Positions 20,537 through 36,600 of a stretch of DNA of 64,000 bases are shown here, piece after piece. Position 1 is the first letter of the stretch; every line of letters begins with the position of its first letter. Both the position numbers and the translations under genes were made by a program. The notes below the pieces were generated by a model. That model made no database searches. It worked only from the letters and a program-made list of their open reading frames with translations, and was not told where the DNA came from. Source of the stretch: Nibricoccus sp. (GTDB lineage Bacteria; Verrucomicrobiota; Verrucomicrobiia; Opitutales; Opitutaceae); assembly GCA_047602425.1 (NCBI GenBank), contig JASGHG010000001.1:1632001-1696000 (forward strand). The letters run 5' to 3'.

Positions 20537-23035
20537 ATGTATACAGCGTCCGAAAAACTTTCGACGGCCAACATCACCGACATCATGCAGACCGCTTACA
20601 TCGATTATTCGATGTCGGTCATCGTTTCGCGTGCCTTGCCCGACGCCCGCGACGGCCTAAAACCCGTCCAACGCCGCATCCTCTATGCGATGCTTCGTGA
20701 AGGTCTCCTGCACAATCGCCCTTTCGACAAATGCGCCGGCGTCGTTGGTGAAGTCCTCAAAAACTACCATCCACACGGCGATTCCTCCGTGTACGACACG
20801 CTCGTCCGCATGGCTCAGACGTGGGTCATGCGTTATCCGCTCATCGATCCGCAAGGCAATTTCGGCTCCGTCGACGGCGATCCACCCGCCGCCTACCGCT
20901 ACACGGAGTCTCGCCTCAACGAAATCGCCGAAGAGCTCCTCAAGGACATCGAAGAGGACACGGTCGATTTCGTCCCCAACTACAAGGAATCGACCACCGA
21001 GCCCACTGTATTGCCCGCAGCACTACCGAACTTGTTGATGAACGGCTCGACCGGCATCGCGGTCGGCATGACGACCAACATTCCGCCGCACAATCTCAAC
21101 GAGCTCATCGACGCCACTTGCGCCATCATCGACAAGCCGGCCATTTCCGTTAACGAAATCTGCGGCATCATCACCGGCCCCGATTTTCCGACCGGCGGCA
21201 CCATCTCCGGCCGTGAAGGCATTCTCTCCTATCTCACCACCGGCAAAGGTATCGTCCGTATCCGCGGCAAGGCCCACACCGAGGAAATCAAGGGCGGCAT
21301 GGAGCAAATCGTTATCACGGAAATTCCGTATAACGTCAACCGCGCCAACCTCGTCACCCGCATTGCCGAACTAGTCACAGACAAGGAAATTGACGGCATC
21401 CGCGATGTCCGCGACGAATCCGACGAAAACACCCGCGTCGTCATCGAGCTCAAGCGCGGCGAACAAGCCAAGGTTGTCATCAACCAGCTCTTCCAAAAGA
21501 CCGCCCTCGAATCCTCCTTCGGCGTCACGCTTCTCGCGCTCGATAAAAAGCGCCCGAAGCAGATGAACATCAAGGAACTCCTTGAGTGTTACATCGAGCA
21601 CCGTCGCGACGTTATCACCCGCCGCACGAAATTCCGTCTCCGCGAAGCCGAGGACCGCGCTCACATCCTCGAAGGCTACATTATCGCCCTCGATAACCTC
21701 GACGATTTCGTCAAAATCATCCGCGCCTCGCAAAACCGCGAGGAAGCCAAAGTGCGTTTGATGGCCAAGTATCCGCTTTCCGAGCGCCAGACCGACGCCA
21801 TTCTCGAACTTCGTTTGTACCAACTCACTGGTTTGGAACGCGGCAAGATCGAGGCCGAGTACATCGAACTCCAACGCCTCATCGAAGAACTTCGCAGCAT
21901 CCTCGAAAGTGAAGCCAAGCTCCTCTCCGTCATCAAAGCCGAACTCCTCGCGCTTCGCGAAAAATACTCGCAGCCCCGCCGCACCGAAATCATTGGCGAT
22001 GCCGGCGAGTTCCGCATGGAGGACGTTATCCCCAACGAAGGCTGCGTCATCACCGTTTCGCACCTCGGCTTCATCAAGCGCACGCCCGTCGCCGAATATC
22101 GCAGCCAAAAACGCGGCGGCAAAGGCATCATCGGCACCGAGACCTACGAAGAAGATTTCGTCGAGCACCTCTTCACCGCGAGCACGCACGACTACATTCT
22201 CTTCCTCACGAGCATTGGCCAGTGCCACGCGAAAAAAGTCTACGACATCCCTGAAGGCACACGCGCCTCCAAGGGAAAATCAGTCTCGTCGTTTCTCCGC
22301 CTGGCCGATGGCGAAAAAATTGCGTCGATGCTTTGCGTGAAAGATTTTGCCGATAGCCGTTACGTCGTCATGGCGACGAAACGCGGCATCATCAAAAAAA
22401 GCGCTCTCTCCGATTACGCCAATGCCACGCGCGAAGGCGGTCTCATCGGTATTAATCTCGATGCCAGCGACATCGTGATCGGCTCCGTGCTCACGACGGG
22501 CGACAACGAGCTCATCCTCGTTTCCCACCAAGGCCTCGCTGTGCGCTTCCGCGAGCGTGATCCGGTGACGGGCGAAGATAACTTCCGCGCCACCGGTCGC
22601 GCCACCAGCGGTGTTACCGGCATGCGATTCAAACTCGAAAGCGATTTCCTCGACGTGATCGAAGTCGTCGATCATGAGGCAAAATTCCTCGTCGCAAGCG
22701 AAGCCGGTCTCGGCGTTCGCACGCGTTTCGAAGATTACCGTCTCATCAACCGCGGCGGTTCCGGCGTTTGGGCGATCGATCTTCCCGAAGACGGCTCGAT
22801 CAAACTCGCTGGCGCACTCAGCGTTCGCGACACCGACGAAATCATGCTCCTCACCGCGAAAGGCCAAAGCGTCCGTTGTCCCGTGAATACTATTCGCGAG
22901 ACAGGTCGTGGCGCAAAAGGTGTTCGTCTCGTCACACTCGAAGCCGGCGACAAACTTCTTTCGATCGCTCGCATCGTTGAGACCGACGAAGAGACAGAAG
23001 CTCACGGTCAACCGACCGAATCGACGACAACCTGA
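20537..23035 (+). CDS. gyrA: DNA gyrase subunit A
   Basis: [29 protein letters not shown] (catalytic Tyr), GyrA box QKRGGKG. Confidence 0.97.
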   Translation: MYTASEKLSTANITDIMQTAYIDYSMSVIVSRALPDARDGLKPVQRRILYAMLREGLLHNRPFDKCAGVVGEVLKNYHPHGDSSVYDTLVRMAQTWVMRYPLIDPQGNFGSVDGDPPAAYRYTESRLNEIAEELLKDIEEDTVDFVPNYKESTTEPTVLPAALPNLLMNGSTGIAVGMTTNIPPHNLNELIDATCAIIDKPAISVNEICGIITGPDFPTGGTISGREGILSYLTTGKGIVRIRGKAHTEEIKGGMEQIVITEIPYNVNRANLVTRIAELVTDKEIDGIRDVRDESDENTRVVIELKRGEQAKVVINQLFQKTALESSFGVTLLALDKKRPKQMNIKELLECYIEHRRDVITRRTKFRLREAEDRAHILEGYIIALDNLDDFVKIIRASQNREEAKVRLMAKYPLSERQTDAILELRLYQLTGLERGKIEAEYIELQRLIEELRSILESEAKLLSVIKAELLALREKYSQPRRTEIIGDAGEFRMEDVIPNEGCVITVSHLGFIKRTPVAEYRSQKRGGKGIIGTETYEEDFVEHLFTASTHDYILFLTSIGQCHAKKVYDIPEGTRASKGKSVSSFLRLADGEKIASMLCVKDFADSRYVVMATKRGIIKKSALSDYANATREGGLIGINLDASDIVIGSVLTTGDNELILVSHQGLAVRFRERDPVTGEDNFRATGRATSGVTGMRFKLESDFLDVIEVVDHEAKFLVASEAGLGVRTRFEDYRLINRGGSGVWAIDLPEDGSIKLAGALSVRDTDEIMLLTAKGQSVRCPVNTIRETGRGAKGVRLVTLEAGDKLLSIARIVETDEETEAHGQPTESTTT

Positions 23036-23058
23036 ATCGCCTCAGTTTTTGCACAAAG

Positions 23059-23088
23059 CGGAGCCGCAAATTGCAGCTCCGTTTTTTT
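23059..23088 (+). terminator. Rho-independent terminator after gyrA
   Basis: CGGAGCCGCAA/TTGCAGCTCCG stem plus T7. Confidence 0.7.
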
Positions 23089-23183
23089 GTGCACATTTTC
23101 AGGCGGACAAATTTCACTTTGTGCCGATTCAACCCTTGCCAACGACAAACTGTCGCCGTGTGCTTTTTTCACCGTTCGCTCCT

Positions 23184-23666
23184 ATGGCCGGCCGCCTCTC
23201 CAAGCTTCTAGACCCCACGCGCATTACGCTCGCTGTGCAGAGCACCAAGCGCACCGCTGCGCTCAATGAAGTTGCGCGCCTCCTCGACGGACATCCTGAC
23301 ATCACAAACTTCCAGGGATTCTACAACGAACTCCTCGCCCGCGAACGCCAGGACACCACGTGCCTTGGCAACGAACTCGCGCTTCCCCACGCCCGCACCG
23401 AGCACGTCAAAAAAATCGTCCTCGCCGTCGGCCGCTCTCAAGAAGGCGTCTTTTTCGAAAACGGAAACCAAACCGTTAAACTCCTTTTTGTCCTCGGCAC
23501 ACCCAAAGCGAATCCAACCGATTACCTCATGGTCGTCAGCTCGCTCTGCAAAATTTTAAAAGACGCTGGCAACCGCGACGCCCTGCTCTCCGCTGCCACT
23601 CCGGCCGACTTCATGCAAACGCTCATCGCCGCCGAGGAAAAACTCGTCGCTGCCCCGGTTAAGTAA
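23184..23666 (+). CDS. PTS EIIA domain protein (fructose/Ntr type)
   Basis: LLARERQDTTCLGNELALPHAR (phospho-His motif); start at MAGRLSK. Confidence 0.88.
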   Translation: MAGRLSKLLDPTRITLAVQSTKRTAALNEVARLLDGHPDITNFQGFYNELLARERQDTTCLGNELALPHARTEHVKKIVLAVGRSQEGVFFENGNQTVKLLFVLGTPKANPTDYLMVVSSLCKILKDAGNRDALLSAATPADFMQTLIAAEEKLVAAPVK

Positions 23667-24085
23667 CCATTCGTAACATCTAATTTTGCCGGCATCTCAT
23701 TTTGTAGGGCGGCAATTTCATCAAGTGCTTGAACTGCGTGAAGCGATAAAAAATCGAGCAGTTCAACTCGTCGTCGAAGATTCTTCGGACTGGTCGCACC
23801 ACCGCTTCTTCAATTGTCGCGATGCGACCGCAGCGATTCTTCGTCAATGGTTCGCACCCACCTCTACAATTTCGTTGCCGCATTGTATCGCCCTTCAAAT
23901 CGCCGCCCGAATTGATTCATCAGACTGATTCCGAAATGACCGGAATCGTTTCCAAAATCATGGAATCGCCGAATATTCCCGCGAGTTTCCGTTTCTCTCT
24001 GGATCCTCGGCAATAAAATCTCGCGATAAGTTTCAACCGAACAACTGGAGCATTTAAAAAAATGTCATAGCTGCACAACTCCGGC

Positions 24086-24155
24086 TGTAGGGGCGCAGTC
24101 TTGCTGCGCCCGGTTTGGCTGCCAAAGAAAGGACGCACAAGACTGCGCCCCTACA
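24086..24155. repeat. REP doublet (REPIN/BIME-like) of the GTAG family
   Basis: GTAG+GGGCGCAG-TCTTG-CTGCGCCC at 24087-24111 and an inverted copy GGACGCACAAGACTGCGCCCCTAC at 24131-24154. Confidence 0.8.
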
Positions 24156-24651
24156 AAGATAGTTCGGCTCATAACACCGATTTACGGCTACAGTTTTATT
24201 GTATGTGCTCTAGCTCGGTCGCCCAACAACGCGCAAATCGCAGGGATTGTGCAGTTCCCTCACTCGTCCGTCTGGAGAGCGAATGACTACCCTCTTGCCA
24301 CAATTCCGACAACGTCGCCTTTCAACGACCTCGTAAGAAGCTACGTTCAACAAATGCCAAAAAGCATCCATCAAAAACCGCCAATGCGAAGCATCATAAA
24401 TCCAAGTTCGGTTAAATCGGCGTTTCAAATGCTCTAAGCTCCGATTTTTTGAAACCGGTTCAGCCCCGAGCCTGCTCACAAGGGCATCCCTCCGACTCGA
24501 TGATCCCGCCTTACAGCCATTCCGACTTCGCTTAGACCTTTATCCGACCCAATAGCCCCACTTTCTGAACTCACTTAGTCTGAGTTAAGGATAAATCTTG
24601 CTTAACGAGATAGCGCTTGCCGCCGGCATCCGGCAACGATCTCCGACCTCA

Positions 24652-24694
24652 GAAAAGAAGAAGGCCCGGACGCTGCTTTCGCAACATCCGGGCC
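24652..24694 (-). terminator. rrn operon terminator
   Basis: GGCCCGGA...TCCGGGCC stem just after 5S with a pyrimidine tail on the minus strand. Confidence 0.65.
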
Positions 24695-24699
24695 ATAAA

Positions 24700-24814
24700 T
24701 CTGGCAACGACCTACTCTCGCGGGACCTAACGTCCTACTACCATTGGCTGCTCAGGGCTTAACGACCGTGTTCGAGATGGGAACGGGTGGGACCCCTGGC
24801 ATCTGGTCACCAGA
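24700..24814 (-). rRNA. rrf: 5S rRNA
   Basis: CCCGTTCCCATCTCGAACACGG and GAGAGTAGGTCGTTGCCAG on the minus strand; about 115 nt. Confidence 0.95.
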
Positions 24815-24899
24815 AAATTTATCTCTTTCGAGAAAGTGTTAAAGTTCAGGATAGAACTACCTGTAAGGAGGAAAAATAAACGCCTTGGAATAGTAAGGA

Positions 24900-27807
<2,908 letters not shown>

Positions 27808-27865
27808 AACGCTTACTATTCTAGGCGTTTATTCTACCTACTTACATACATATTCTATCCTAAAC

Positions 27866-27877
27866 TTTCAAAGAACA
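27866..27877 (-). promoter_or_regulatory. Spacer boxA antitermination element
   Basis: TGTTCTTTGAAA ahead of 23S. Confidence 0.7.
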
Positions 27878-27938
27878 AAATTATTTACCTTGCTGCCATC
27901 TGCCGCCCAATCCGCTATTATATAGACTCGCTATATAA

Positions 27939-28015
27939 TGGTGGGCCCAGATGGACTTGAACCATCGACCCCGCGCTTATCAAGCGCGTGCTCTAACCAA
28001 CTGAGCTATGAGCCC
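27939..28015 (-). tRNA. tRNA-Ile(GAT)
   Basis: GGGCTCATAGCTCAG...CGCGC TTGATAA GCGCG...TTCAAGT...GGGCCCACCA. Confidence 0.96.
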
Positions 28016-28048
28016 ATTGGAAACTGGCAGTGATCAGGGAGTCGCAGA

Positions 28049-28124
28049 TGGTGGAGCCGGACGGATTCGAACCGACGACTTCCTGCTTGCAAAGCAGGCG
28101 CTCTGCCAACTGAGCTACGACCCC
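28049..28124 (-). tRNA. tRNA-Ala(TGC)
   Basis: GGGGTCGTAGCTCAG...CCTGC TTTGCAA GCAGG...TTCGAAT...CTCCACCA; G3:U70 pair. Confidence 0.96.
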
Positions 28125-28293
28125 ATGATGGGAAATATTTGAAAAGAACTTACTGATTGAAATTTACTTTGTGCGATCAACTGAGACCCAGACTACTTAT
28201 ATACAGTTTTAAGGCTATATACTTTTGTCTTTCGACCATCGGACACTGTAATAACAAACCGAAGTTTATTATCGAGCAGGTCCGTCTCCTTAG

Positions 28294-29851
<1,558 letters not shown>

Positions 29852-29970
29852 GAGTTCTGAACCTAGTGATTCATGAACTACTGGTGAAGCGAACCGAAGT
29901 TCGCTTTACCGTATTATTTAACTTATATTGAATTGTTGATTGGGGGTCCCAATCAATCGCACAAAGTAAA

Positions 29971-29982
29971 TTTCAAAGAGCT
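29971..29982 (-). promoter_or_regulatory. Leader boxA antitermination element
   Basis: AGCTCTTTGAAA in the rrn leader. Confidence 0.65.
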
Positions 29983-30153
29983 TCCCGATGAGGGAAAGAG
30001 TTCCAACAAGAAGGATCGTCGTGCTTCGGTCAATACCTTTTTCGAACTTTTTTCTGAAACTTTCGAAAAAGATTTTTGAAGCAGTCGGCAATCTCAAGGA
30101 ACTCCCTTCATTGCCCGGCGTTTTTTACGTGCCGGCCGCAGAAGGGAGTGCGG

Positions 30154-30181
30154 ACAATGAAACTCCTCGCCCCGGGCTCAA
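30154..30181 (-). promoter_or_regulatory. Candidate rrn P1-type sigma70 promoter
   Basis: TTGAGC-16 nt-CATTGT, GC-rich discriminator CCGCAC, A-tract UP-like element upstream. Confidence 0.55.
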
Positions 30182-30733
30182 GAAGTTTTTTTAATTCAAA
30201 AATAGAAAAATCACTAGTTATTTATAATTAGCTACTTAAAAATGATTTTTTTCGACGTTTTTGCGGAAATGCCATGCAGATGAAGAGGATTTTTCTGAGC
30301 GCGCCGACAGCGTATCCGATTCTTGGATACAGCTTGAGAGAGGCGTTGTTTTCGGTGCTGTGGAAGGGTTGAAAAGGTGGGCGTAAAATGAGCTTTTTTC
30401 GGCGTTTTTTTGGGGAATTTGGGGAGGGTTGAAGTTGCGGACGAGTGGTGCTGAATGGCCAAGGTTTTTTGGGTACGGAGGGCCGGTCGAGGGCTATCAG
30501 TTGCCTGAGGGCGCATGTAAACGTGCGCGGACGGAAGATTCGTGGACTGTCCCCTTCTCGGCCTACCTTTGGGATTACCCCTCCGATGGGCGTATTGGGT
30601 GGTTTATTTCTGGTTCTTGGTCTCGAGAGTGCAGAGGAGGAGTTGGTGGGAAGCGGTGGTGCCGCTGCTCTTGCACTTTGCCGGAAACATACCAGTCATA
30701 TGCAGGTCGTTACTCCCCGCCCCTGTTTCTCCT

Positions 30734-31153
30734 ATGAAGAATGTCGCTCATCTGGGTTTTAACCTCATCATGCTCCTAGGCTTGTTGTTATGTGCGAGCC
30801 CGGCCAGTGCCAAGGACGTGCCGGTCGATGCCAAGTCGGTGGTTGGGCATTGGGTTCTCGTGGATTTCCGAGGAGGAGACCCCCAAGCGCGGCCCATCGT
30901 GCTCGCCACTAAATTGGAGATGACGTTTCACGCCGATCGCACGGCTTCGGTCCGCGCCCGTCATCCGGAGGACGGCGGCAAAGTGGAAACAAGAAAGGGC
31001 AATTACACCGTGGAGAACGGGAAAATCGCCATGAAGCTCGAAGGTGAGACCGCCGAAGAACCGGCCCGGGCTGTGATTAGAGATGGCAAATTGGTTCTAC
31101 TTCCTGCCGACAGCACCGGAGGGGAACTCATTTTCACCAAATCGGGCAAGTGA
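30734..31153 (+). CDS. Secreted lipocalin-like beta-barrel protein
   Basis: Signal peptide ending ASA, VVGHWVL, MTFHADRT, GNYTVENG. Confidence 0.65.
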   Translation: MKNVAHLGFNLIMLLGLLLCASPASAKDVPVDAKSVVGHWVLVDFRGGDPQARPIVLATKLEMTFHADRTASVRARHPEDGGKVETRKGNYTVENGKIAMKLEGETAEEPARAVIRDGKLVLLPADSTGGELIFTKSGK

Positions 31154-31314
31154 AGGGATGGTAGTTCTGGAGATAGGAGCCGATCTTGCGTCCGTCGGCC
31201 ACGCTTCGGAAAGGGGACGCAATCTTATGACAAGAGTGAAAACGATCTCGGCGCGGTTTGACCGACTGATGCGCGAGGGCGATTTCGTTTCAGCAGGAGG
31301 ATTTTGAAATCCTC

Positions 31315-32820
31315 TCAATTATCCTTGGGCGTTGGTTCGGCTTGATCGCCGACGTAGGCTTTGGCGAGTGCGGATAATTCCTTAACCGTGGCCGCGTGTT
31401 GAGGATCGTTGACGAGGTTTTTGAGTTCGTGGGGGTCGTTGAGGGGATCGACGAGCATAGCGCCGGCACCACGGCCGTAGAATTCGGCATAGCGCCAGCG
31501 TTCGGTGCGGACCACAACACCGGAAATACCGCGGGCGCGTTCGTTCCAAATCGTGTAGGCGGGGTGATCCCATTTGGCCTGCGGTCCGTTGAGGAGCGGA
31601 CGGAGGCTGAGGCCGTCGAGACCCGAAACGGCGGGCAGACCGCAGAGGTCGACCAAGGTTGGGTAAATATCAATCGATTGGACGATGCGCGGGGAGGGCT
31701 TGCCGTTTCCTTTGGCACGCGGGTCGTAAATCATGAGGGGAATGCGAGCGCCTTGTTCCCAGAGCGAGCCGGCTTTTGACCATTTGCCCTTTTCGCCGAG
31801 CTGGTAGCCGTTGTCGCCCCAGAAGACGATGATGGTGCGGTCGGCGAGACCGAGCTTTTCGAGTTCGTTAAGCACTCGGCCGGCGTTCCAGTCCATGTAC
31901 GATATGCAGGCGAGATAGCCGCGGATCATTTCTTTTGCCTCTTTCGAGGAAGCGTCGCGGGCAATGAAGAGGTCGGCGTTGTTCGGACGGATTGAGCCTG
32001 CAGGAAAGCCTTCGGGCACGGTGGGACGCGGCGCGAAATCGACGGGCAGCGGCATTTCGTCGGCCTTGTAGAGATCGAAGAAGCGTTTGGGGGCGATGAA
32101 GGGGCTGTGGGGTTTGGAGAGGCCAAAGGCGAGGAAGAAGGGTTTGCCGCTGGTTTTGGCCTGGCGGAGAAGTTCGAGGGCTTTGTCGGTTTTTACTGTA
32201 TCGGCTTGGGGCGGCGCCTCGTCGTCGGGCGTGGCTTCCCAGCGGTCGGATTTCGAGGCGCGGGAGCGATCCTGGGCGATCATGTTTTTCACGTGCGCTT
32301 CGTCCTCGGCGGCGCTGGAGGGAGTCGCGGCGGCGGGTTTTTCTTTTTTGGCCGCGGGTGCGGCGTCGCCAAAATAGCGCGCTTCGCCGCCTTCATCCCA
32401 TGCGTCGGTGTCGTCCAAGCCCTCGTGAAAAATCTTTCCGGAGCGAAGCGTGGTGTAGCCGTTTTGACGGAAATATTTCGGGAGACTGGTCCAATCCGGA
32501 TGTTCGGTGCCGAACCAAGTGCGGTTGCCTTGCACGCCGGTGGTGGTTGGATGGCGGCCGGTGAGCATTGAAGTGCGGGACGGGCCGCAGAGTGGATATT
32601 GGCAATAGGCGCGTTCGAAGCGCACGCCTTTCGTGGCGAGGCGGTCGAGGTTGGGCGTCTGGACCGGTGTGTCGCCGTAGCAATTCAGTTCCGCGCGCAA
32701 GTCGTCGGAAATGATGAACAAGACGTTCATCTTTTTCTGTTCCGCCGCTGGGGAAATGGTCGGGAACAGAGAAACGAAAACAAAAAACAACGAGGCGCCG
32801 GCAAACTTAGGGAGATTCAT
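31315..32820 (-). CDS. Secreted Cys-type sulfatase (iduronate-2-sulfatase/choline-sulfatase-like, S1)
   Basis: NVLFIISDDL, CGPSRTSMLTG (CxPxR), GKIFH, KPHSP, GDNG; signal peptide from ATG 32820. Confidence 0.92.
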   Translation of the reverse strand: MNLPKFAGASLFFVFVSLFPTISPAAEQKKMNVLFIISDDLRAELNCYGDTPVQTPNLDRLATKGVRFERAYCQYPLCGPSRTSMLTGRHPTTTGVQGNRTWFGTEHPDWTSLPKYFRQNGYTTLRSGKIFHEGLDDTDAWDEGGEARYFGDAAPAAKKEKPAAATPSSAAEDEAHVKNMIAQDRSRASKSDRWEATPDDEAPPQADTVKTDKALELLRQAKTSGKPFFLAFGLSKPHSPFIAPKRFFDLYKADEMPLPVDFAPRPTVPEGFPAGSIRPNNADLFIARDASSKEAKEMIRGYLACISYMDWNAGRVLNELEKLGLADRTIIVFWGDNGYQLGEKGKWSKAGSLWEQGARIPLMIYDPRAKGNGKPSPRIVQSIDIYPTLVDLCGLPAVSGLDGLSLRPLLNGPQAKWDHPAYTIWNERARGISGVVVRTERWRYAEFYGRGAGAMLVDPLNDPHELKNLVNDPQHAATVKELSALAKAYVGDQAEPTPKDN

Positions 32821-32943
32821 AGGCGAAATACTGTTGCAAAGATGCACTGCTGCGGACGCGCAGCAAGACAGACCCGGTCTTACAGTTGACGCGCCGAACG
32901 ATTTTTCCTGACGCAGGCTCGCGCAACTGTGCAGCATCGCGCG

Positions 32944-33471
32944 ATGCTTTCCACCCTCGTCATGACCGTGATCAGCCCGGATCGCCCGGGTCTCGTCGAA
33001 ATCGTCGCTGCCCATGTCGTTGCCAATGGCGGCAACTGGCTCGAAAGCCGCATGTGCCGCCTCGGCGGCCAATTCGCTGGCATCGTCCGTGTGGAAGTGC
33101 CGGTGGAAAAGAGCGACGCGCTGATCGCCTCGCTCGCGAAGCTCGAAAAGGACGGCCTGCATATTTCGGCCCGCAAGGAATCAGCTGCAACCGCCAGCGC
33201 GCGTGGCACGGTGGCGACGATTGAACTCGTTGGGCAGGACCGTCCGGGTATTTTGCATCAAATTTCCCGCGTGCTCGCGCAAAATGGCGTGAACGTCGAA
33301 GAGCTTTCGTCGGACCGCGTCGATGCCCCCATGGACGGCTCGATGCTCTTTCAGGCGCGGGCAACGGTGTTGTTGCCCAGTGGAGTATCCATCGGTCAAC
33401 TACGAGGCGCTCTGGAGAAGATCGCGAGCGATCTGATGGTTGACGTGAGCATCATGCCCGCCCGGGCTTGA
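32944..33471 (+). CDS. GcvR-like tandem ACT-domain protein
   Basis: DRPGLVE...GNWLESRMCRLGGQFAG and GQDRPGIL...VNVEEL. Confidence 0.88.
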   Translation: MLSTLVMTVISPDRPGLVEIVAAHVVANGGNWLESRMCRLGGQFAGIVRVEVPVEKSDALIASLAKLEKDGLHISARKESAATASARGTVATIELVGQDRPGILHQISRVLAQNGVNVEELSSDRVDAPMDGSMLFQARATVLLPSGVSIGQLRGALEKIASDLMVDVSIMPARA

Positions 33472-33616
33472 GACAGCCCTCCTGGCGCGTCCGGAGAATA
33501 AGCCTGAAGAAGTGGTGAGCCTGCGTCGTGCCTTGAAGTTTCCGCAAACAATCCTGCCGGCGTTGTCGTAAACACCGGCAGGATAGGATCAGGCGCGGGG
33601 GTAGACGCGCATTCGA

Positions 33617-36600
33617 TCAGCGGTTGCGCTTGCGCAGATGTTTCCAACAGAACATCGCGCAAAGCGCAGCAAAGTAGGCGTAGCCGGGGGCACCACCACC
33701 GTGCTTGGGCGGCGGGACCACGGGGCCGGACGAAGAACCACTACTGGAGGAGGAGGAAGAGGAACTACTGCTGGAGGAACTTGAGCTGGAGGAGCTACTG
33801 CTGGAGCTACTCGACGAAGAGGAGGAGGAACTGCTCGATGAGGACGAACTTGAGCTCGACGAAGAGGAACCGCCTCCAGAACCAATTGTGACCGCCAACG
33901 GTGCGCTGACGACGTATTCGTTCGTGGCCGAACCGATCACCACGCTATAATTGCCGGCGTGGGTGGCGCTGGAAGCGTTGGCAACGATATAGGTGGCGGC
34001 AGTCGCGCTGGGGATTGCAATGTTGTTCAAACGCCACTGATACGAGGTGGCGGTGAAGCTGGCGGGCACCGCGGTGAGCGTGAAGGAAGCCCCGGCGGCG
34101 ACTTGGGCGGCCGGGCCGGTGATCGAGGCGGACAGCGCGGCGGGCGAATCGACCGAGACGTTGCCCGCGCCGGCTTTCACCAAGTTGGGGATCGTCGAGG
34201 TGGCGTGGAGCTTGTAGGCGTACGGCGGAGTAAAGACGACATCGTTGCTGACGAGCTGGGTGCCCGTGCAGTTATTGAAAATGTTGTCGATCGTCATCAG
34301 GTAGCTGATGTCGTTCGGAAGCGCGGTGCGTTTCGCGAGCGGATTCTTCACACCGTCGTAGTAGTTGTTCTCGCTGAGCATCGAGGCGATGTTGCGGGTC
34401 TCGGTGCAGTAGTCGTTGCCGGCGCAGTCCCAGTAATTGTTGTACATGTGGGCTCCGCCGAAACGGCAGGCGAGCATGCGTTGCATGCAGCCAGTCGACC
34501 ACCAGTTATGGTGCCAGGTGTGGTGATAATTGTTTATGCCGTTGCCGGGGGCGGCGCCGACGTCGTCATCGGCCGAACCAATGAGATTGGAGAAACGGTG
34601 CGCGGTGGTACGGATGTAGTAGAACTTGCACCACGAGACGGTCACGTTGTCCGAACCTTGCACGATATCCAAATTGCCGTCGGTGGCGTCGTAGATGGAG
34701 CACTTCGTGATAAGGACGTTGGTCGAGCCCGACACGGTGATGGCGTCGTTGTCCTGCACGGTGTCGGTCGTATCGCCGGTTGGGGCGGTGACGTTGAGGT
34801 TGCGGATGATGACATTGGTCACGTTGCTAATGTTGAGCGTGCCAATAATCGTGGCCGAAGTGTCGGCGCCGCGAAGGGTCTTGTTCGACCGGACGTTGAT
34901 GCGGCCGTTAAGCCCCAGATCGATCGTGCCCGAGACGATAATGTTGTACGGAGTGGTGGACTCGGCGTAGGTCTTGAGGTCGAAGGCAGTGGCAACCGTA
35001 ACCGTGCTACCGGAAGCACCGCCGGTCGCGGTCGCAGCATAACCGTCGGCGACGATCTGCGCGATGGTACCGCCGGACGAGGATGACGAACTCGAGGAGC
35101 TGGAAGAAGACGACGAGCTTGAGCTAGAGGACGAACTTCCGCTGGAACTCGAGGACGAACTGGAAGACGAGGAACTGCTGCTGCTCGAGGAGCTGGACGA
35201 ACTGCTGGAGCTCGAAGAGGAGGAACTGGAACCGCCACCGGTGTAATAGGGCGTGTAGGTGACTTCGAAGAGGCTGGTGTCAATCGTACCAGCCGACAAA
35301 GCCGCGGAACTGGGACGCACGTCGAAGGTGTCAAAGGTAAAGCCGTTCGGAGTGGCGTCGGAGTAGCTCACACTGGCGGTACCGGTCGTGTTCAACGTGC
35401 CACCCACCATGGTCGCGGTTACGTTCATTGTGCTCGGAGTCGCCAGGTCACGGGTGAGTGTCATGGTGAACGTGTAGGACGTTCCTGAGGTGTAGCCGGG
35501 TGCACTGTTGCCAATACCATTGACGAGCGCAGTCCAATTGCCAGAGGTGCCGAGAAGAGCCCCGGCAGAAGTCGCGCCCCATCGCCTCAATTGGAAGGAG
35601 TTACCGTTACCGGTGGTCTGGCCCATGTTCATAAGCATGGCATAACCGGCATAGATGGCGGTCGCGGGGGCGGCGTCCGCAGTCGAGCGACTGCCGACCG
35701 GCGTACGAACAAGCGCAAGATTGAAGCCCTGACTGGTATTGGTGGCGTTGACGTCGGTTGGCGTGAATACCCATTTCACGGTGAGACTGTCACCAGCTGC
35801 GAGTGTGACGGGGGTCGCCTCCGGTGTGAAGTAAGTGTAGAAGGACAAAGAACTGGTAGGAATAGTCGCGGTGAGATGACCGGCGGTGGCATTCAGAGCG
35901 GGTGTGGAACTTGAGAACCAAGCGGATTCGCGGTCGCCGTCGCTGTCCGCGTCGGTGCTGGTCACGCCGTTGTTTTCGGCATAAGTCGGGGAAGCTGGAG
36001 CGCTGCGATCGGCGTCCTGCCAAGTGTCGTGCACAAGCGGACCGCTGGAGCCCGAAGATGACGAGGATGACGAACTACTCGAAGAGGAGCTACTGGAACT
36101 CGAACTGCTGCTCGAAGAGGAGCTGCTGGAGCTCGACGAGGATGAACTGCTGCTGGAAGAGGAACTGGAGGACGAGGAGCTCGATGAAGAAGACGAGGAC
36201 GAGCTGCTGGAGGACGAACCACCGTTAACAACCAAATTCGCAGCGCTGCTGGTTGTGCTGCCGGAGGCGTTGGTGGCCACGACGGTGTAGGCGCCGGCAT
36301 CGCCCGAGATTGGGCTGGCGATCGTATAGGTGGCGGCCGTGGCGGAGGGAATGTCGACGCCATCCTTGCGCCACTGGTAGGTGGCGTTGGGAACGGCCAT
36401 GGTGGCAGCGGTAAACGACACGGAAGTACCGGCATTGACGGTGGCGGAGGCGGGCTGCGTGGTGAAAATAGGGGTCAGGGCTGGCGTCCAAGGAGACGGA
36501 ACAACGGTGCCGGCCATGTTGGAATTGAGAACCCAAACAACGTCGCGGTAGTTAGCCTGCGTCGTGGTGTCGGTCGGCATATTGGTGAAAGCATCGCTGT

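Noticed and set aside
23667..24480. Short ORFs (23686..23928, 23680..23898, 24210..24479 with CxxC)
   Set aside because: No recognisable motifs, atypical composition, mutually overlapping; cannot be supported as genes
30445..30560. GGACTGTCCCCTT mini-palindrome preceded by a weak ORF, possibly a RAYT-element end
   Set aside because: Single 9-bp palindrome, no HUH motif and no partner repeat in the window
31315..33162. 615-aa N-terminally extended sulfatase call
   Set aside because: The extension overlaps the opposite-strand ACT gene; the signal peptide begins at 32820
33705..36290. Acidic poly-E/L/D ORFs on the plus strand, and a possible repeat array
   Set aside because: Antisense reading of the poly-Ser linkers; no repeat-spacer structure, so not CRISPR
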